From positions 1 through 46,198 of the IMG/VR virus record IMGVR_UViG_3300037424_000299: 46,198 nt of DNA. The stretch is one strand, 5' to 3'. Below, piece after piece: positions 16,555-25,250 of this stretch. Source of the stretch: a virus (taxonomy: Duplodnaviria; Caudoviricetes). The stretch's first letter is position 1. Every line of letters starts with the position of its first letter. The notes below the pieces were generated by a model, which was not told where the DNA came from, did not search any database, and was given only the letters and a program-made list of their open reading frames with translations. A program made the translations under genes and the position numbers.

Positions 16555-17399
16555 CCGCGCCTCTGATATGTCTTGATGAACTCCGCCGCCATTGCCGGAA
16601 CGTCGCGCGGCGAGATGACAATCCCACCCGCCGTCACTGTTTCGGTATTGGATAGAGACTGCCCGAACCTGCGCGCCTTCGCCTGGTTTGCAATCTCAAG
16701 TACTGCATTACGAGCGTCGTCCATCGGTTGCCAGATGTAAACCGTCGCGCCGTTGTCGTGTGTGGCGGCGGTTGAGCCGTTGTCACCGCGCTGTACCACG
16801 TTTACCTTCCCGGTCGGCGCGGTTGAGACAATACCAAGCTCGTTGTCTACCTTCACGATCTGCCCAGGAGAAAACAGCGCCGCACTTGTTACGTCCCACT
16901 CGGTTTCACTTGTGTCCAGCGCTTCTGCAAGTGTTGACCCTACCTTCCATGCGTTGATATAACGGTTGTGATACCCCCATATCGCAAGCAGGTCCAAGAC
17001 GCCCTCAGACTCGCCGTCCGAATCGGTTGACCAAACTACATTACTTGTCTCCTTCATACAAATCTGAAACTTCGGCGTTTCGTTCTTTGGTTTGAGGTTG
17101 TATTGCGTCGATGCAATTGATACGCCGTCGCCGTTCGAGAATGTGAGGATCTCAAACAGGTCGGCATCAAGATAAATATCACGTCCGTCGTAAGGGTAGT
17201 CTGGGATGTCATAGTAACGCGTTTCGATGCGCGGATAGAACCACCTGCCCGTTTTGCTGTCAATGTAGCGACTGGCGTTTTCCAGTAGTTGCTCAAGAAC
17301 ACCGTCATCAACGGTGTCGGCAGGGATCGCCGTGCCGTTACGGGCGGTGAAATAGTTCTTGAACTCCTGCAAGGTTGAATAGCTGTTTTTTGGTGTCAT
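16551..17399 (-). CDS. Head-tail adaptor (gp6/gp15-like) with inserted beta domain
   Basis: YSTLQEFKNY...DDGVLEQLLENASRYIDSKTGRWF; insertion ...QRGDNGSTAATHDNGATV. Confidence 0.8.
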   Translation of the reverse strand: MTPKNSYSTLQEFKNYFTARNGTAIPADTVDDGVLEQLLENASRYIDSKTGRWFYPRIETRYYDIPDYPYDGRDIYLDADLFEILTFSNGDGVSIASTQYNLKPKNETPKFQICMKETSNVVWSTDSDGESEGVLDLLAIWGYHNRYINAWKVGSTLAEALDTSETEWDVTSAALFSPGQIVKVDNELGIVSTAPTGKVNVVQRGDNGSTAATHDNGATVYIWQPMDDARNAVLEIANQAKARRFGQSLSNTETVTAGGIVISPRDVPAMAAEFIKTYQRRG

Positions 17400-18451
17400 T
17401 TTTCTCCACCGTTGGCTTGTGCCATGTCATCGTATTTCATCATATAGCCAGCGTTTTCTTTATACACTCCCAGTGCCGCGCCCGTTTCGTATGCCAGGGT
17501 TCCCATTGCGTCGATAAAAGTAAACATCTGTTGCTTGGCCTGTGCGCTGTTATTTTGCTTCCAGACATTCCAGACATATTCGATCATCCCACTGTAGTGC
17601 CAGACGAATGGTTTTTTACTCTCGCCTAGCTGCTGCGCTTTGGCTGCTGCTGATTCAAAGCCACCTCGATCCGCATAGCGGCTTCCAAACGTTTGGTATC
17701 TTTCCGCCTCTGCAAGCGCCCCGGCTTTTTCGCCACTCAGGAGCATTGCCGCCTGAAAATCTTTTACATACTGTGTGATCTTGTCTGCCTCTCGTTTTTC
17801 TACAGCCCGTTCAATGGCCTTTTTGATGTTCTTGGCGTTGCGTTCCGCAGCCTGCCATTCGTTATCAAGACAGCGGGCGCGGTCGGCGAAGTGATCTACC
17901 CCAAAGGCATAATTACCTTCGTAGCCATACAGCGGCAACTCGAACAGGTTATTGCCCACATGTAGGATCGCAGAGTCTACGTTTTCCGCTCCCAGCCTGC
18001 CGCGCAAGAATCCGAACCAAAAGTAGTAACCGGCGGCTTGATACTTGTATTCCGTGGCAGATAGTTCAACGCCGAATATCTTTATCTCTTTGTATCCTTG
18101 CAAGATTGCCAGCGCCGCCATGTAAGCAAATGTCGTCGGGAACATCCGCACGCCTGCGAGGGCTTTGGCTTCATCTAGGGGATAGGCTACCGAGTCAGGT
18201 ACAAGCGGGTCAACTTCCTGCATGTAGATCGGCTTGCCGTGCGCCTGTTGCAGCCAGTCCCAATGATTAGCGTCTTTTGTGTTGTGTCCCTGATATATTT
18301 CCGGTTCGTGCATTTGGAACACGGCGTCCCAGCGCTTACACCACGGATGATTTCCGGCTTCATTGAAAACCCAAACGTCATATTCTGGATCTTCCCAGGG
18401 TGCGTTATCGCGGGTGTCGGGTCCGCTTCCTACAATGGCGAGTTTATTCAA
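17396..18451 (-). CDS. Maf/CstII (sialyltransferase-like) glycosyltransferase-fold protein with helical C-terminus
   Basis: KLAIVGSG...VWVFNE...TTFAYMAALAILQGYKEIKIFGVEL. Confidence 0.6.
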   Translation of the reverse strand: MNKLAIVGSGPDTRDNAPWEDPEYDVWVFNEAGNHPWCKRWDAVFQMHEPEIYQGHNTKDANHWDWLQQAHGKPIYMQEVDPLVPDSVAYPLDEAKALAGVRMFPTTFAYMAALAILQGYKEIKIFGVELSATEYKYQAAGYYFWFGFLRGRLGAENVDSAILHVGNNLFELPLYGYEGNYAFGVDHFADRARCLDNEWQAAERNAKNIKKAIERAVEKREADKITQYVKDFQAAMLLSGEKAGALAEAERYQTFGSRYADRGGFESAAAKAQQLGESKKPFVWHYSGMIEYVWNVWKQNNSAQAKQQMFTFIDAMGTLAYETGAALGVYKENAGYMMKYDDMAQANGGEK

Positions 18452-18605
18452 TCGTTGCGCTTTCTACCTGTTCAGGTTCTTCGAGTTTCTTGAGCCAGTA
18501 TTCACATTCCTGTATGGCTCCTACCAGGGCGTTACCCTGCGCTTCAACGCGTTTTAATGCGTTTTGTAACTCAACCATGCGTTTCTCAACTTCTTCTTTT
18601 CCCAT
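18444..18605 (-). CDS. Small coiled-coil protein (53 aa)
   Basis: Read manually: MGKEEVEKRMVELQNALKRVEAQGNALVGAIQECEYWLKKL. Confidence 0.6.
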   Translation of the reverse strand: MGKEEVEKRMVELQNALKRVEAQGNALVGAIQECEYWLKKLEEPEQVESATIE

Positions 18606-18620
18606 GTTTTCTGCTTTCTT

Positions 18621-19520
18621 TTATGCCTTTGCGGCATACAGCGGGACATAACGGACGGTTGATCCAACCAAAACCCTCATCCAGCCGGCGTTTGCTGTGG
18701 CAGAGATGTCGTTTAAGGTTGTTCCGTTCGTAAGACTTGCCGGTAATCCATCATCGGGCAACCAGAGTAGGTTTGTAAAACCGTTGGCTGTGTTGGTCAA
18801 ATGCAGTATGGCCTTTGTCAAGCCCGAAGCGTTCTCGATGTTCCACACAGAAACATCCTCGGCGCTCACATCTGTGACGTTGGACTGCACAGACAAGAAT
18901 TGAACAGCGGCGACACCGCCAGGGGTAAAGGTTTCCCCATTCAAAAGCAACTTCATCCAGCGGGAAAAGACACCCACACCGGGATCGCCCTCGGCGGAAA
19001 GGATCGTAGCGCCCGCGTCTACTTCGGCGATGTCTTGCCCACCAAAAAGGCTCTTGCAAGACGAACCGCTATCCATGAATACAAACGAACCAAATCCAAG
19101 GACTTCCGCCACGCCCGTGGTGTGCAATTCGCGGTAATCCGTGTAGACTTGCGCCGGGGTTGCGCCCACCGTCCCGCTGAAACTAACCCAGCCAGAGGCG
19201 CGGGTTGGGTTGACGCTTGCGCCTCGAATAGCGTTTGTGTTAGCCGCTAGGGTCACGCCTTCGAGGTTGATCGCGTGGCTTTCTGGTGAACCGGACGACA
19301 GATTTAGCCCACCACCATCCAAAGCATTTAGTTCGGTTGACGATGCAGTTAGCCCGTTGATCGCGGCGAGTTCCGAAGCGGATGGGCTTACAAGACTGGT
19401 TCCAACTCTGAAGGTACCGTCAATCCGTACACCGTTGGTAGTGTCGATCTCCATTATGTTTGTTGCGCCGTCATGAATCCATAGCTTTGTGTCTGATACT
19501 CTCTCGATTTCGATTGCCAT
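18621..19520 (-). CDS. Beta-rich virion protein (possible head fibre)
   Basis: 299 aa, G/A/T/S-rich, downstream of the capsid genes. Confidence 0.6.
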   Translation of the reverse strand: MAIEIERVSDTKLWIHDGATNIMEIDTTNGVRIDGTFRVGTSLVSPSASELAAINGLTASSTELNALDGGGLNLSSGSPESHAINLEGVTLAANTNAIRGASVNPTRASGWVSFSGTVGATPAQVYTDYRELHTTGVAEVLGFGSFVFMDSGSSCKSLFGGQDIAEVDAGATILSAEGDPGVGVFSRWMKLLLNGETFTPGGVAAVQFLSVQSNVTDVSAEDVSVWNIENASGLTKAILHLTNTANGFTNLLWLPDDGLPASLTNGTTLNDISATANAGWMRVLVGSTVRYVPLYAAKA

Positions 19521-19531
19521 GCTTGCCTCTT

Positions 19532-19558
19532 TTGGGGAGGGTGAATAGCCCTCCCCAA
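19532..19558. terminator. GC-rich hairpin after the head decoration gene (terminator or stability element)
   Basis: TTGGGGAGGG-7-CCCTCCCCAA; no U-run on the coding strand. Confidence 0.45.
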
Positions 19559-19572
19559 TATCAAACTACAAA

Positions 19573-20076
19573 CTAGCCTGCAGCAGACTTGTGAGTCAGT
19601 TGCGGGTAACGGGGGTCGAGTGCAACCCACGCGGCATTGAGGGTGACGGTTCCGCCTGCGTTGATACCGACTGCCATGCGGACAAAGCGAGCGTCGGCAA
19701 GCGCGGCGTCCAGCGCGGCGGGGTCGATGTCGATAGCATACATCACGCCTTCGGTTCCGGTTGTATCAATCGACAAGCCGGTTGCGGTTGCGGCAGTGAT
19801 CGCGCCCCAGGTATTCGTCCCGGTTGCGGCGCTGGCGCGGTAGTTGAACGCGATAGCTACTTCCGAGCCAGACGCGGAGGCGGTCGCAGCTTCCATCGTA
19901 ATGACGATGTTTTGATCCGCGGAGGTCGCGGTCATCACACCGACATAATAGAAGAACGTCGCGTGCAGCGCGTTTTTCATGTCAACAAACGGGGTCGCGT
20001 ATGCCGTGCCCGCGCTGTCAACGGGAGCCTTCAAGGGGAAGATGTTTTCCCCGATTACATATCGAGCGTCTTTCAT
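19573..20076 (-). CDS. Head decoration/cement protein
   Basis: Directly after the MCP; TPFVDMKN...RFVRM pattern, Ala/Thr-rich. Confidence 0.7.
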   Translation of the reverse strand: MKDARYVIGENIFPLKAPVDSAGTAYATPFVDMKNALHATFFYYVGVMTATSADQNIVITMEAATASASGSEVAIAFNYRASAATGTNTWGAITAATATGLSIDTTGTEGVMYAIDIDPAALDAALADARFVRMAVGINAGGTVTLNAAWVALDPRYPQLTHKSAAG

Positions 20077-20088
20077 TTTGTCATCTCC

Positions 20089-22014
20089 TTATGCTGAAGC
20101 CGAACCAAGCACAACAAAGGGACTGTGGGTCAGGGTGCCCTTAAAAGGCGTGATCGCGGAGGCGAGAGCGGTTTGACCGTCGGCGCGGTAGATAAATCTC
20201 AGCACTTCCTGGTCGGTCAAGAACTCGACGTGCATCGATGTCTGATAATCCACGCCGCCTTTTTCCCACAGCAGATACTCGCTCATATCGGCGAGCAGAA
20301 TATCCCCGGTCGTATTGAGCGCTGCGTTGAATTCCGTCTCTACAACAGGGCGACCATACAGGGTCCGTACACCTTCTTTGGTGTATCCCGCATACGGGAA
20401 CAGCACAGTGGTCGAGCCAACAGCAAACAGCGCGTCCAACTGAGGAGCGCACTCGCTATTGACGTACCACTTTGATTTCGCCTTCGAACGAAGAGCCAAT
20501 CTCTGCCACATGGCGGAAATATCCACACCCTTGATGAGGGCGGTCGTGTCGCGCGCGACAGAGATCAAAGCACCAGACTGCATAACGCCCTGAGCGCCCG
20601 ATACACCGATGCCCTCGAAAATGTCATCGTTCAGCATGAACGAGATTTCTTCGCGGCAGGCTTTCTGTGCCACGGCGTTGAACTGCCCAGCGTCTTTCAG
20701 GAGTTCGTTGGTGTCGTACACCAGCGCGCCGTACTTCTTGAGTTCCCACTGAATCCGGCGGAACTTCGGCTTGCTCTTGGTGACAGTTGCGCCTTCGGCA
20801 AGACGATAGCCCCGGACGCCACCCCAGCGTGAGCCATTGGCGCGGTCGGTTTCGTCCACGCCGTTGATCCAGCCCGAATTGCTGTTTGCCTGCACGGGCA
20901 GTTTTGAAACGTCGGCGGAGAATACCCCTTCCTCGTGGATCGGCATAAGAACGGTGGGGGTAATGGTCGGCTCAAGCAAGATGCCGCCGTCGGTCGGGAC
21001 GCTTTCTGACGCGCCCTGGATCGCCTTCGCATTCAGACCCTTGATGCGGGAGTGAACCGTGCGACCCATTGAGATGTAAAAATCCTTGACTGCGCTACAT
21101 TGCTCTGCCAGCGACTTGAAGGGTCGATCTTCCTCAGCGGTCACAACCTCGATCCGCACTCCGGCGGTCCTGACTGGTTCGGTCGCTTCAATCGCTTTCT
21201 TTGCGCCGTTCTCCGAAGCCTCTGTCAACATCGCCTGGAGTTCCTCTTTCGTGAATTCCATTTTGACTCCTTTGGTATTGCTACCAATCGGTTGAATAGT
21301 GTCAGGGGTCGCTTCGGCTTCGCGCTTATCCTGCGCGGCTTGCTCAGTTTCCACCTGCGAAACGCTGATAGATTTCAGCGGTACTACCGTATTTCGTGGC
21401 TCGGCGGGGGTGGGGGTCAGGCTTGCGTCCAATCCCAGGGACCACGCCGTTATTTTCCATGCCTTGCCCATCGGCTCGCGGTCTACCAGATGACCAGCCG
21501 TACCAGATGACCAGCCCAACTTACCCGCCAGCCCTGCGTCGATAATCGCCTGCTCGTACTCGTTGCGCGCCTTGATGATTGTCTCGGCAAATATCCCAAC
21601 GTCATCTTTTTGCAGTCTGGCGCGGGATAATCTGTTTTTGTACTCGATGCGCTTGCCGTCTGCCTGGATGGGCATGCGGTGATTGAAATACACATCTGAT
21701 TCGCTGGCATCACCGTAATCGGTGTCGTTGGCGAAAAAGTCACCCGTCAGATCTGTGTTATTCGGATCTCCGAACGTCACCAGATACCCGCCCAACTTTA
21801 CCGATCCATCGTCCAGCCTTACAGCCTTGACGGTTGAGCCAAAGAAAACAAGCTCTTCCGGGTCAGCGTTCTTTTCCGTGTATTCCATCGGCTCGCAATC
21901 AGCGCCAAGCTGTACTGCGGCGTCGTGCATCTTCTGGATGGTTTCTTTGTCCATTCTGTTATTGCGTGCGCCCACCTTGGTAGCGTCTGCGATTGTCACG
22001 TTTTCGTCAGCCAT
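20089..22014 (-). CDS. Prohead protease-major capsid protein fusion (HK97 fold); MCP likely also initiates at 21261
   Basis: Protease motifs DLTGDFF, VYFNH, GWSSG and DASLTPTPAEP, then HK97 MCP motifs DGGILL, TLYGRPVV and RFIYRADG. RBS TAGGAG before ATG 22014. Confidence 0.92.
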   Translation of the reverse strand: MADENVTIADATKVGARNNRMDKETIQKMHDAAVQLGADCEPMEYTEKNADPEELVFFGSTVKAVRLDDGSVKLGGYLVTFGDPNNTDLTGDFFANDTDYGDASESDVYFNHRMPIQADGKRIEYKNRLSRARLQKDDVGIFAETIIKARNEYEQAIIDAGLAGKLGWSSGTAGHLVDREPMGKAWKITAWSLGLDASLTPTPAEPRNTVVPLKSISVSQVETEQAAQDKREAEATPDTIQPIGSNTKGVKMEFTKEELQAMLTEASENGAKKAIEATEPVRTAGVRIEVVTAEEDRPFKSLAEQCSAVKDFYISMGRTVHSRIKGLNAKAIQGASESVPTDGGILLEPTITPTVLMPIHEEGVFSADVSKLPVQANSNSGWINGVDETDRANGSRWGGVRGYRLAEGATVTKSKPKFRRIQWELKKYGALVYDTNELLKDAGQFNAVAQKACREEISFMLNDDIFEGIGVSGAQGVMQSGALISVARDTTALIKGVDISAMWQRLALRSKAKSKWYVNSECAPQLDALFAVGSTTVLFPYAGYTKEGVRTLYGRPVVETEFNAALNTTGDILLADMSEYLLWEKGGVDYQTSMHVEFLTDQEVLRFIYRADGQTALASAITPFKGTLTHSPFVVLGSASA

Positions 22015-22026
22015 ATCCACTCCTAG

Positions 22027-22088
22027 AAACAAAAAAGCGCAAAGTGCGAAACGAGCCTTTCCAGACTCATCTCAAACACTTTGCGCTT
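22027..22088 (-). terminator. Intrinsic terminator/attenuator immediately upstream of the capsid gene RBS
   Basis: AAGCGCAAAGTG/CACTTTGCGCTT stem, inner stem with GGAA loop, then TTTTGTTT. Confidence 0.75.
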
Positions 22089-22179
22089 AACTTGCGTCGC
22101 TTTGTTTGCTACCGTAACAGTGTCGGGTCGCTTATCCTGCGATTCTTCCTCTCGCTGTTGCGGCTATTCAGTTGGCAGT

Positions 22180-22209
22180 GGGCTAGGTGGATTGCAATCC
22201 ACCTAGCCC
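22180..22209. repeat. 30-bp perfect palindrome in the capsid leader
   Basis: GGGCTAGGTGGATTGCAATCCACCTAGCCC. Confidence 0.9.
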
Positions 22210-22262
22210 GTGGAGAGTGATCGTCATCACCTTCCTAATTAAATCTAAGTCAATGTAAACGC

Positions 22263-22291
22263 ATTATAAGCGATTATTCAGGATTGCGCAA
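22263..22291 (-). promoter_or_regulatory. Promoter for the capsid/tail operon
   Basis: TTGCGC-17 bp-TATAAT. Confidence 0.65.
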
Positions 22292-22297
22292 GATGGT

Positions 22298-22534
22298 TTA
22301 CTGTTCTGCAATTGTTCCGCCGCACACTTCGCATATTTCCGTCCCGTCGATTTCAAAGTACCTATCATCAGGATCAACATCTCTGGTTATTCGTGTTCGC
22401 CCGCCACACGACGCGCACAGACACTCAACCGAAATCTTTGATGCTTTTACTTCTGCGGCGCTGTATGTTGCTAAAATAACGTCACCAACGCCGTCCGGTA
22501 ACTTATCGTCATTCCACAGCAATGTAACAATCAT
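22298..22534 (-). CDS. Small zinc-finger protein
   Basis: CASC...CEVC; RBS GAAAGGA before ATG 22534. Confidence 0.6.
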   Translation of the reverse strand: MIVTLLWNDDKLPDGVGDVILATYSAAEVKASKISVECLCASCGGRTRITRDVDPDDRYFEIDGTEICEVCGGTIAEQ

Positions 22535-22578
22535 TGGTTTCCTTTCTACAAATGCTCTTGCCAGTCTGTGCCGTATTT

Positions 22579-22722
22579 CTAAATGAGATACGCCGCGCGC
22601 TCCTGTCCTTGCAGCTTCATTGCTTTGCGCTCCCTCAGCCAATCTTTGACCAGAAAGAACAGAGACACAGCGGTTATGCCGACAACGGCGCAGATGGTGA
22701 ATGCCTTCAATTCAAACGCCAT
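22579..22722 (-). CDS. Small single-TM protein (47 aa)
   Basis: Read manually: MAFELKAFTICAVVGITAVSLFFLVKDWLRERK; RBS GAAAGGA. Confidence 0.55.
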   Translation of the reverse strand: MAFELKAFTICAVVGITAVSLFFLVKDWLRERKAMKLQGQERAAYLI

Positions 22723-22851
22723 TCTATTTCCTTTCTCCAGCACTCGGCGCAAGTCGCCCGGTGCCGGTCTAGCCCATCACTTAAAAGCCTGCGAGCCCCA
22801 TTCAGGTCTGGAACACCTGAAGCCAAGCGGCGGGGGCTCACATCTGTAAGT

Positions 22852-22936
22852 GCTCCTGTGGCGGAAATTTGTATACGCAATAGCCCAGGAAACTATCACT
22901 CTTACGAGTTTGCGGGTTCGAATCCCGTCAGGAGCA
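22852..22936 (+). tRNA. Degenerate tRNA-Leu-like cloverleaf (non-canonical anticodon loop)
   Basis: Acceptor GCTCCTG/CAGGAGC-A, D arm GCG..CGC, variable arm ACTC-TTAC-GAGT, T arm GCGGG-TTCGAAT-CCCGT. Loop CCAGGAA lacks U33, the D loop lacks GG, and no CCA is encoded. Confidence 0.6.
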
Positions 22937-22948
22937 TGTGCTACTTTT

Positions 22949-22977
22949 AGTATAGCACACCCGCGAACACAAGTCAA
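22949..22977 (-). promoter_or_regulatory. Near-consensus promoter firing antisense through the tRNA-like element
   Basis: TTGACT-17 bp-TATACT with a TG extension; IR GTGCTA/TAGCAC flanks and overlaps the -10. Confidence 0.75.
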
Positions 22978-23016
22978 ATCACTCAAAGAAGGTGTACTAT
23001 GGCTGAAGCAAGGGCG

Positions 23017-23307
23017 TTAACCCTTCACGGAGAACGTGATTTCCCAAGTCGGCCCAACAGGCTCACCGTCAATAATGCACCACACTCTTTTTAGTCCGCT
23101 AACTGAAAGGTTGTTGTGCAGCGCCACAGACAATGCCCGAAAGCCTTCTCCACGTTCTCCGTGAAATCGAATGGTTGGCTCTGGGTATGCGTGCCCAGAG
23201 CCACCTTCGCATGATTCGTAAGTCTCAATCCCCGCTTCATTCAGTATTATAACTGCGCGTTCGATACCAGCGTCAAGAGGAGGGTTATAATCTTTTCCTG
23301 TCATCAC
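23017..23307 (-). CDS. Hypothetical protein
   Basis: LDAGIERAVIILNEAGIETYESCEGG conserved-looking motif; extended -10 TGATATAAT at 23326-23334. Confidence 0.65.
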   Translation of the reverse strand: MMTGKDYNPPLDAGIERAVIILNEAGIETYESCEGGSGHAYPEPTIRFHGERGEGFRALSVALHNNLSVSGLKRVWCIIDGEPVGPTWEITFSVKG

Positions 23308-23436
23308 TGTTAGATTATGTGTTCTATTATATCACTTTTCTCCAGCACAACTTACACAACACTCGATGGCGGTCAAGTGCCTTCCATCGGCGCAGATCAT
23401 ACAGCCTCCAGCCGGCTTCACACAGATGTATGATTG

Positions 23437-23928
23437 TCACTTCTTTCTCAGCCACACGTTTACCGCCGCCTGTGCGTGCCGGATCGCGCCTGCTATGTTC
23501 GCGCTTATCACATCGGCAGTCTTTCGCCAGCCAGCCAGCGCATTGAGCCGCGCCTGCCCTTGGTCGTCGCGGGTGTAGTATGCGCCGGGTTCCTTGTTCT
23601 CAATTGTAATCCCGTAGCCGTTGTTTGTTACGTTCGCCACGTAGCCGCGCTGTGTCCTGCCTGTTCGGTGGGGGACGCCTGGGTCAATCTTGCCCTCTCG
23701 TATCATAGCCATGACGTAGCCCTGTTGTTTCTTGCTCTTAAACCCCCCGTAGGCTTTTTTAATGGTGACGTATACATATTTGGCGTAATGCTTCAGTCCG
23801 CGTTGCTCGTTGCCAATCAGCCACTCGGCAAGCGCGGCCAACCCAACATTTACCGTGCCGTGTGGTACGGTTTTCAGGTAGGCTTTCCACTCATCAACGC
23901 CGCGGATTTTACCGAATTTGAACTGCAT
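23437..23928 (-). CDS. HK97 gp10-like neck/morphogenesis protein
   Basis: IRGVDE...HRTGRTQRGY...WRK, basic composition. Confidence 0.55.
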   Translation of the reverse strand: MQFKFGKIRGVDEWKAYLKTVPHGTVNVGLAALAEWLIGNEQRGLKHYAKYVYVTIKKAYGGFKSKKQQGYVMAMIREGKIDPGVPHRTGRTQRGYVANVTNNGYGITIENKEPGAYYTRDDQGQARLNALAGWRKTADVISANIAGAIRHAQAAVNVWLRKK

Positions 23929-24739
23929 CTAACACATTTCCCATGTGGCGAGTGAATCGCTCAACGGTCGATAGCCGCAGCATCCCCGCCGCGTCTACGG
24001 CTTTATCGAATGGGATCTCTTCCGCCATCGCCTTATCTGTCCACTGGATGAGTGGCTCGACGCGCTCGGGGTAACATACATATTGGCAATGTTGGCTCAT
24101 GGCGTATGCCTGTACACCCTTATATGTGATGCGCGTGTCGGTCAGCGACGCGGTAGCTGTTGCGTATTGGTGATAATCTCTGCCGACGCTTGCGCAGTAA
24201 TCCTGCTCCCATTCGACAGGGATAAATTTACTAGTTTCAATCTGTGCGTGTTTCTGCGCCCATGCCAGCGTGCTTGCCTCGCCCCACTTCGACGCAAGCC
24301 GTACCGGGAAGCCAGTCACCGTGCCGACGTTGGGGTAGGTCTCAAGTATCTCAATTTGTGGCTGTAACCAATTCGGCATGTACTCAATGTCGTCGTCTCC
24401 ATAAGCCAGGATGGTATCGGGGGGCAACATGCGCATGACGGATTTCAGGGCATTGGTCTTGCCGATGTTGCGGGAGAGGATGAGAGTATCGCGCTTACTC
24501 TTCGATTGCGTAAAATCTTGCAGAAACTCAACCAACTCATCGCATGAATCGTTGTCCCAAATCATCAAAATGTGGTCGTCGTAAGCGTTGTTAGTAAGCA
24601 ACCACAGACTCTTTTTGACCACATCTAACCTCTTCGCGTGATACCCGTCCATGTTCGGCAGATGCGTGATAACCAGCACCACGACGCGGGGCGGGGCTTC
24701 GAGACACGCCTGTTTCAGTGGGTTTTGTCCAACGCGCAT
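23909..24739 (-). CDS. Glycosyltransferase, GT-A/GT2 family
   Basis: MIWDNDS, RNIGKTNAL, AYGDDDIEY (DxD), RHMG. Confidence 0.88.
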   Translation of the reverse strand: MRVGQNPLKQACLEAPPRVVVLVITHLPNMDGYHAKRLDVVKKSLWLLTNNAYDDHILMIWDNDSCDELVEFLQDFTQSKSKRDTLILSRNIGKTNALKSVMRMLPPDTILAYGDDDIEYMPNWLQPQIEILETYPNVGTVTGFPVRLASKWGEASTLAWAQKHAQIETSKFIPVEWEQDYCASVGRDYHQYATATASLTDTRITYKGVQAYAMSQHCQYVCYPERVEPLIQWTDKAMAEEIPFDKAVDAAGMLRLSTVERFTRHMGNVLDAVQIR

Positions 24740-24740
24740 G

Positions 24741-25247
24741 TTATCCCTTCATCTTCCAAAACTCGGTTACCAGATACTTCGTGCCGCCTGTGTTGCCGTC
24801 TACTGTGTTGACAAGCTCGGCGTGTTCCCGCAGCCCTTCACGCTCCGCGGCGTACTCGGGGCGGTTGGCATTGTCGAGGACGACCCAGCCGGAGGGTTTA
24901 ACAAGCCTTTTGACCGTTTTTATCCACGTAGCGCGGTTTTCAACAGGCTCACCATCGACTAAAACCAAGTCATACAGCACACCAAACACTACAGATAACC
25001 ACTCTAAAAAATCAACATTCTGCGGCGCTTGTTTTTCGACCGACCTGCGCCAATCAGGATCGCTTTCAAAAGACGTCACGCACTTCACTCGTTCCGCAAA
25101 CCACAGTGTAGATCCGCCGCTACCGTGTTCAATAACCTCCATGTCGGGCGTCAGGATGCTTTCCAGATACGCAACCGCGGCGGGATGTAGCCAAGGGACT
25201 GGCTTGATTTCGTCGGGCCTTGAGGGTTTCCACCATGCATTAGCCAT
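24741..25247 (-). CDS. Class I SAM-dependent methyltransferase
   Basis: VIEHGSGGSTLWF, YDLVLVDG, VKPSGWVVLDN. Confidence 0.88.
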   Translation of the reverse strand: MANAWWKPSRPDEIKPVPWLHPAAVAYLESILTPDMEVIEHGSGGSTLWFAERVKCVTSFESDPDWRRSVEKQAPQNVDFLEWLSVVFGVLYDLVLVDGEPVENRATWIKTVKRLVKPSGWVVLDNANRPEYAAEREGLREHAELVNTVDGNTGGTKYLVTEFWKMKG

Positions 25248-25250
25248 GAT

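Noticed and set aside
22800-22830. GCTTCAGGTGTT on the minus strand resembling a Leu(CAG) anticodon arm
   Set aside because: A short match, sequestered in another hairpin; could be chance.
22852-22936. tRNA-like element as attP or as a normal functional tRNA
   Set aside because: No integrase in the genome; the anticodon and D loops are non-canonical, so no amino acid is assigned confidently.
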